In this document: one piece after another, positions 35,331 through 37,126 of the stretch | Layout: every line of letters starts with the position of its first letter | Position numbering within the stretch: the stretch's first letter is position 1 | Translations under genes and position numbers: made by a program | The notes under the pieces: generated by a model | What the model saw: only the letters and a program-made list of their open reading frames with translations | Database searches by the model: none | Told to the model about the DNA's origin: nothing | From: Terriglobales bacterium | GTDB lineage: Bacteria > Acidobacteriota > Terriglobia > Terriglobales > SCQP01 | NCBI GenBank assembly: GCA_025450725.1 | Contig: JANWLQ010000195.1 | Coordinates: 1 to 37,126, forward strand | Direction: 5' to 3' | Length of the DNA stretch: 37,126 nucleotides

Positions 35331-37126
35331 TTACGGGCGCGGTTGGCGGCGGGCGTTCGCCGCGGCCGGTTGGTAGAAGGGCGCGTCGGGGCCGCTGGAT
35401 TGGGTGTAGAGCAAGGCGCTGTCGGCGTTCTTATAAGGCAGAACGTCGTACAACGGCTGCGCCGGGGTGACCGCGCCGGGGCTGGCCGAAGCGGTGGCGG
35501 CGAAGAGGCGGATCTTGGGATTATTGGGAAGCGTGAATGACGTCGCGCCCGCGGGCAGGGCGATGTCGTAGGCGTACAAATAGCTGTAGCTATAAGCCGC
35601 GTTGGTGCCGTCTGGGAGATGGTGGTGGCTGGCGAACCAGGCAATGGGAGCGCGCTTCACGTAGCCGGGGTGGAGGCCGGCGTAAAGCTGGTAGGTCCGC
35701 GGCCTGCCGTCCCGGCCGGGCATCGAGAGATCCTGCCAGTCGCGGTAGTCCCATTGGCCCACAAAGCCGGTCCAGTCCTGCACCGCCAGGGCATGCGATT
35801 TGCCGGCGATGGTGACCGCGCCGGATTGATCGCCCACAGCCGACATCAACAAATAAAGGTGCGTGAAATGCCCGGCAGGCAAGCGCACGGTCTGGCCATG
35901 AGCGGTGACGGCATCGTTGCCGGTGGGCGATGCCAGTTGGAATGCAACGCCGGCATAGTTGACCGCGGCGGGTAGCATTTCCGCCGGGTAGCTTGCGCCA
36001 GCGCCATCGAAGCCGGTCGTAGACGGAGTATGGTCGGGAGTGGCGGCGGCGATGTCGTAGTCGAGTTTGACCGCGGCGGAAGTGGGCCTTGAGGCCTCCG
36101 CCGGCTCGGCGAAATGAACCGCGAAGCTGCGCGGCTGGTAAGCCGAGAAATCGGCTACCAGATCGCCGTCGGCAACCGTCGCATCGCCCAGCCTTTGCTC
36201 CTGGCCGTTGACTTCAGTGGCCGACTGGGCGGGCTTGGCAAAGTGGATTTTGACTGCAGGCTGGGGTTGACCGTCAAGCTCGACCAGGCGCACCACCACA
36301 TCGTTGCTGGTTTCAGCCTTTTTCATTGCCAGGACGCGGATATGGGGATTGCTCACGGTGAGCAGCGACAATTCGCGCCCCAGCGACCCGCTGTGGACGG
36401 AGGTGCGGAACGCGACCAAGGGTACGTTCAAGCGATAGGCCTGCCACTCGGCTGCGTCGTTGGCGGATTTCCAATCGCCACTGTGACCGACCAGGCCGAA
36501 GGTGATTTCGTGATGGCCCCAGTCCTGCGTCGCCTGATCGCTGTAATTGCGATTGTGCAGGCCGGGAGTGTAGAGCAGCGTAAGGCGCAGGGTGTGGTCG
36601 TCGGGTTTGTCGGAGGCGTTCTTGACGTCGGTCAGGATTGTGGCGCCGAATTTGCCGCTGGCGTCGGTGAGATCAACCCATTGATGGCTCGCGACTTCGA
36701 ACTGGCGCTCCTCGTCATTGTGACGTTGAATCGTGCCGATGTCCCAGTTGTAGGTGGCCTGGGGATTGGAAGCGGTGAGCGGGAAATCGGCCATGAGCGC
36801 CGTGCCCGGTGTTTTCCAATCGACGCTGACGCCGAATTCAACCCGTCCGCCGCCGCGGGCGAGCGAGACGGTTTGAACGAAGTGCGAGCCCTCGGAGTCG
36901 CGCGTGATCTCGAGCGTCGCCTCGGCGGGCCCGCGCGCGGCAATGCGAACATGGGCGGGGCCGGAGACAAAGGCGCGGGGCGGAGCGATCTGGTCCTTAT
37001 AATCCATGGTCCAGGCCGGCCAAACCGAAGGCGCCTCGGACTGGAAGGAGAGCCGCATGGGAGCGGAGAGGAGTTCCTGATTCAGGTCCTTGTCGAAGAC
37101 GCTATCAACATCGCCGGCGGCGTTGA
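35331..37126 (-). CDS. GH38-type alpha-mannosidase, C-terminal part with an extra C-terminal domain; the 5' end runs off the window
   Basis: The reading frame stays open from 37058 to the window edge. GH38 C-terminal pattern LSLLTVSNPHIRVLAMKKAETSNDVVVRLVELDGQP, followed by about 230 further residues. Confidence 0.8.
   Translation of the reverse strand, partial: NAAGDVDSVFDKDLNQELLSAPMRLSFQSEAPSVWPAWTMDYKDQIAPPRAFVSGPAHVRIAARGPAEATLEITRDSEGSHFVQTVSLARGGGRVEFGVSVDWKTPGTALMADFPLTASNPQATYNWDIGTIQRHNDEERQFEVASHQWVDLTDASGKFGATILTDVKNASDKPDDHTLRLTLLYTPGLHNRNYSDQATQDWGHHEITFGLVGHSGDWKSANDAAEWQAYRLNVPLVAFRTSVHSGSLGRELSLLTVSNPHIRVLAMKKAETSNDVVVRLVELDGQPQPAVKIHFAKPAQSATEVNGQEQRLGDATVADGDLVADFSAYQPRSFAVHFAEPAEASRPTSAAVKLDYDIAAATPDHTPSTTGFDGAGASYPAEMLPAAVNYAGVAFQLASPTGNDAVTAHGQTVRLPAGHFTHLYLLMSAVGDQSGAVTIAGKSHALAVQDWTGFVGQWDYRDWQDLSMPGRDGRPRTYQLYAGLHPGYVKRAPIAWFASHHHLPDGTNAAYSYSYLYAYDIALPAGATSFTLPNNPKIRLFAATASASPGAVTPAQPLYDVLPYKNADSALLYTQSSGPDAPFYQPAAANARRQPRP

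Noticed and set aside
35253-35376. Small plus-strand ORFs preceded by GGAGGAGG (GTG at 35268 giving 17 codons; ATG at 35253 giving 40 codons) in the GH38/ADOP spacer
   Set aside because: The purine run is the complement of the ADOP promoter spacer. The peptides are short and Arg/Gly/Ala-rich, and one runs into the GH38 gene in antisense. There is no supporting feature.

Overview
Dense, visibly GC-rich chromosomal segment with about 35 protein-coding genes. I saw no rRNA, tRNA, CRISPR array, transposase, integrase or recognisable defence genes. Two families point to Acidobacteriota: a TIGR03435-type secreted protein and an ADOP-type duplicated orphan permease. Gene order from the left: three tandem CgeB-like glycosyltransferase paralogs; a CarboxypepD_reg+TPR protein; kdsB; a dedicated ACP+ketosynthase pair; PolX; lolE-psd; lolD-clpC plus a secreted protein; a TolB-N-like/TPR protein; a Cys/Met PLP enzyme; and the TIGR03435 protein. 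A 9.6-kb same-strand run follows: hppD-hmgA-unknown-ICMT-aldehyde DH-ald-hrcA-grpE-dnaJ-lepB. The right end carries GH57, HU, larB, nfeD-SPFH-ubiX-EamA, the ADOP permease and a partial GH38 mannosidase. Most long antisense ORFs in the track are GC-driven shadows, and several track ORFs have spurious N-terminal extensions. There is no obvious self-contained novel system such as a defence island. The points most worth follow-up are: (1) -10-like hexamers 5-8 nt upstream of start codons without Shine-Dalgarno sites, including two divergent gene pairs only 17 and 21 bp apart that share one AT-rich palindrome, which suggests leaderless transcription; (2) the triplicated, tightly coupled CgeB-like glycosyltransferase array, whose middle member lacks a canonical start codon for its conserved N-terminus; (3) a homogentisate cluster that lacks the downstream isomerase and hydrolase but carries an unknown 242-aa protein and an ICMT-family membrane methyltransferase; (4) three 41-bp tandem hairpin repeats downstream of the HU terminator; (5) hrcA-grpE-dnaJ with no dnaK and no visible CIRCE operator. 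All family calls rest on motif recognition by eye, since no searches were run.
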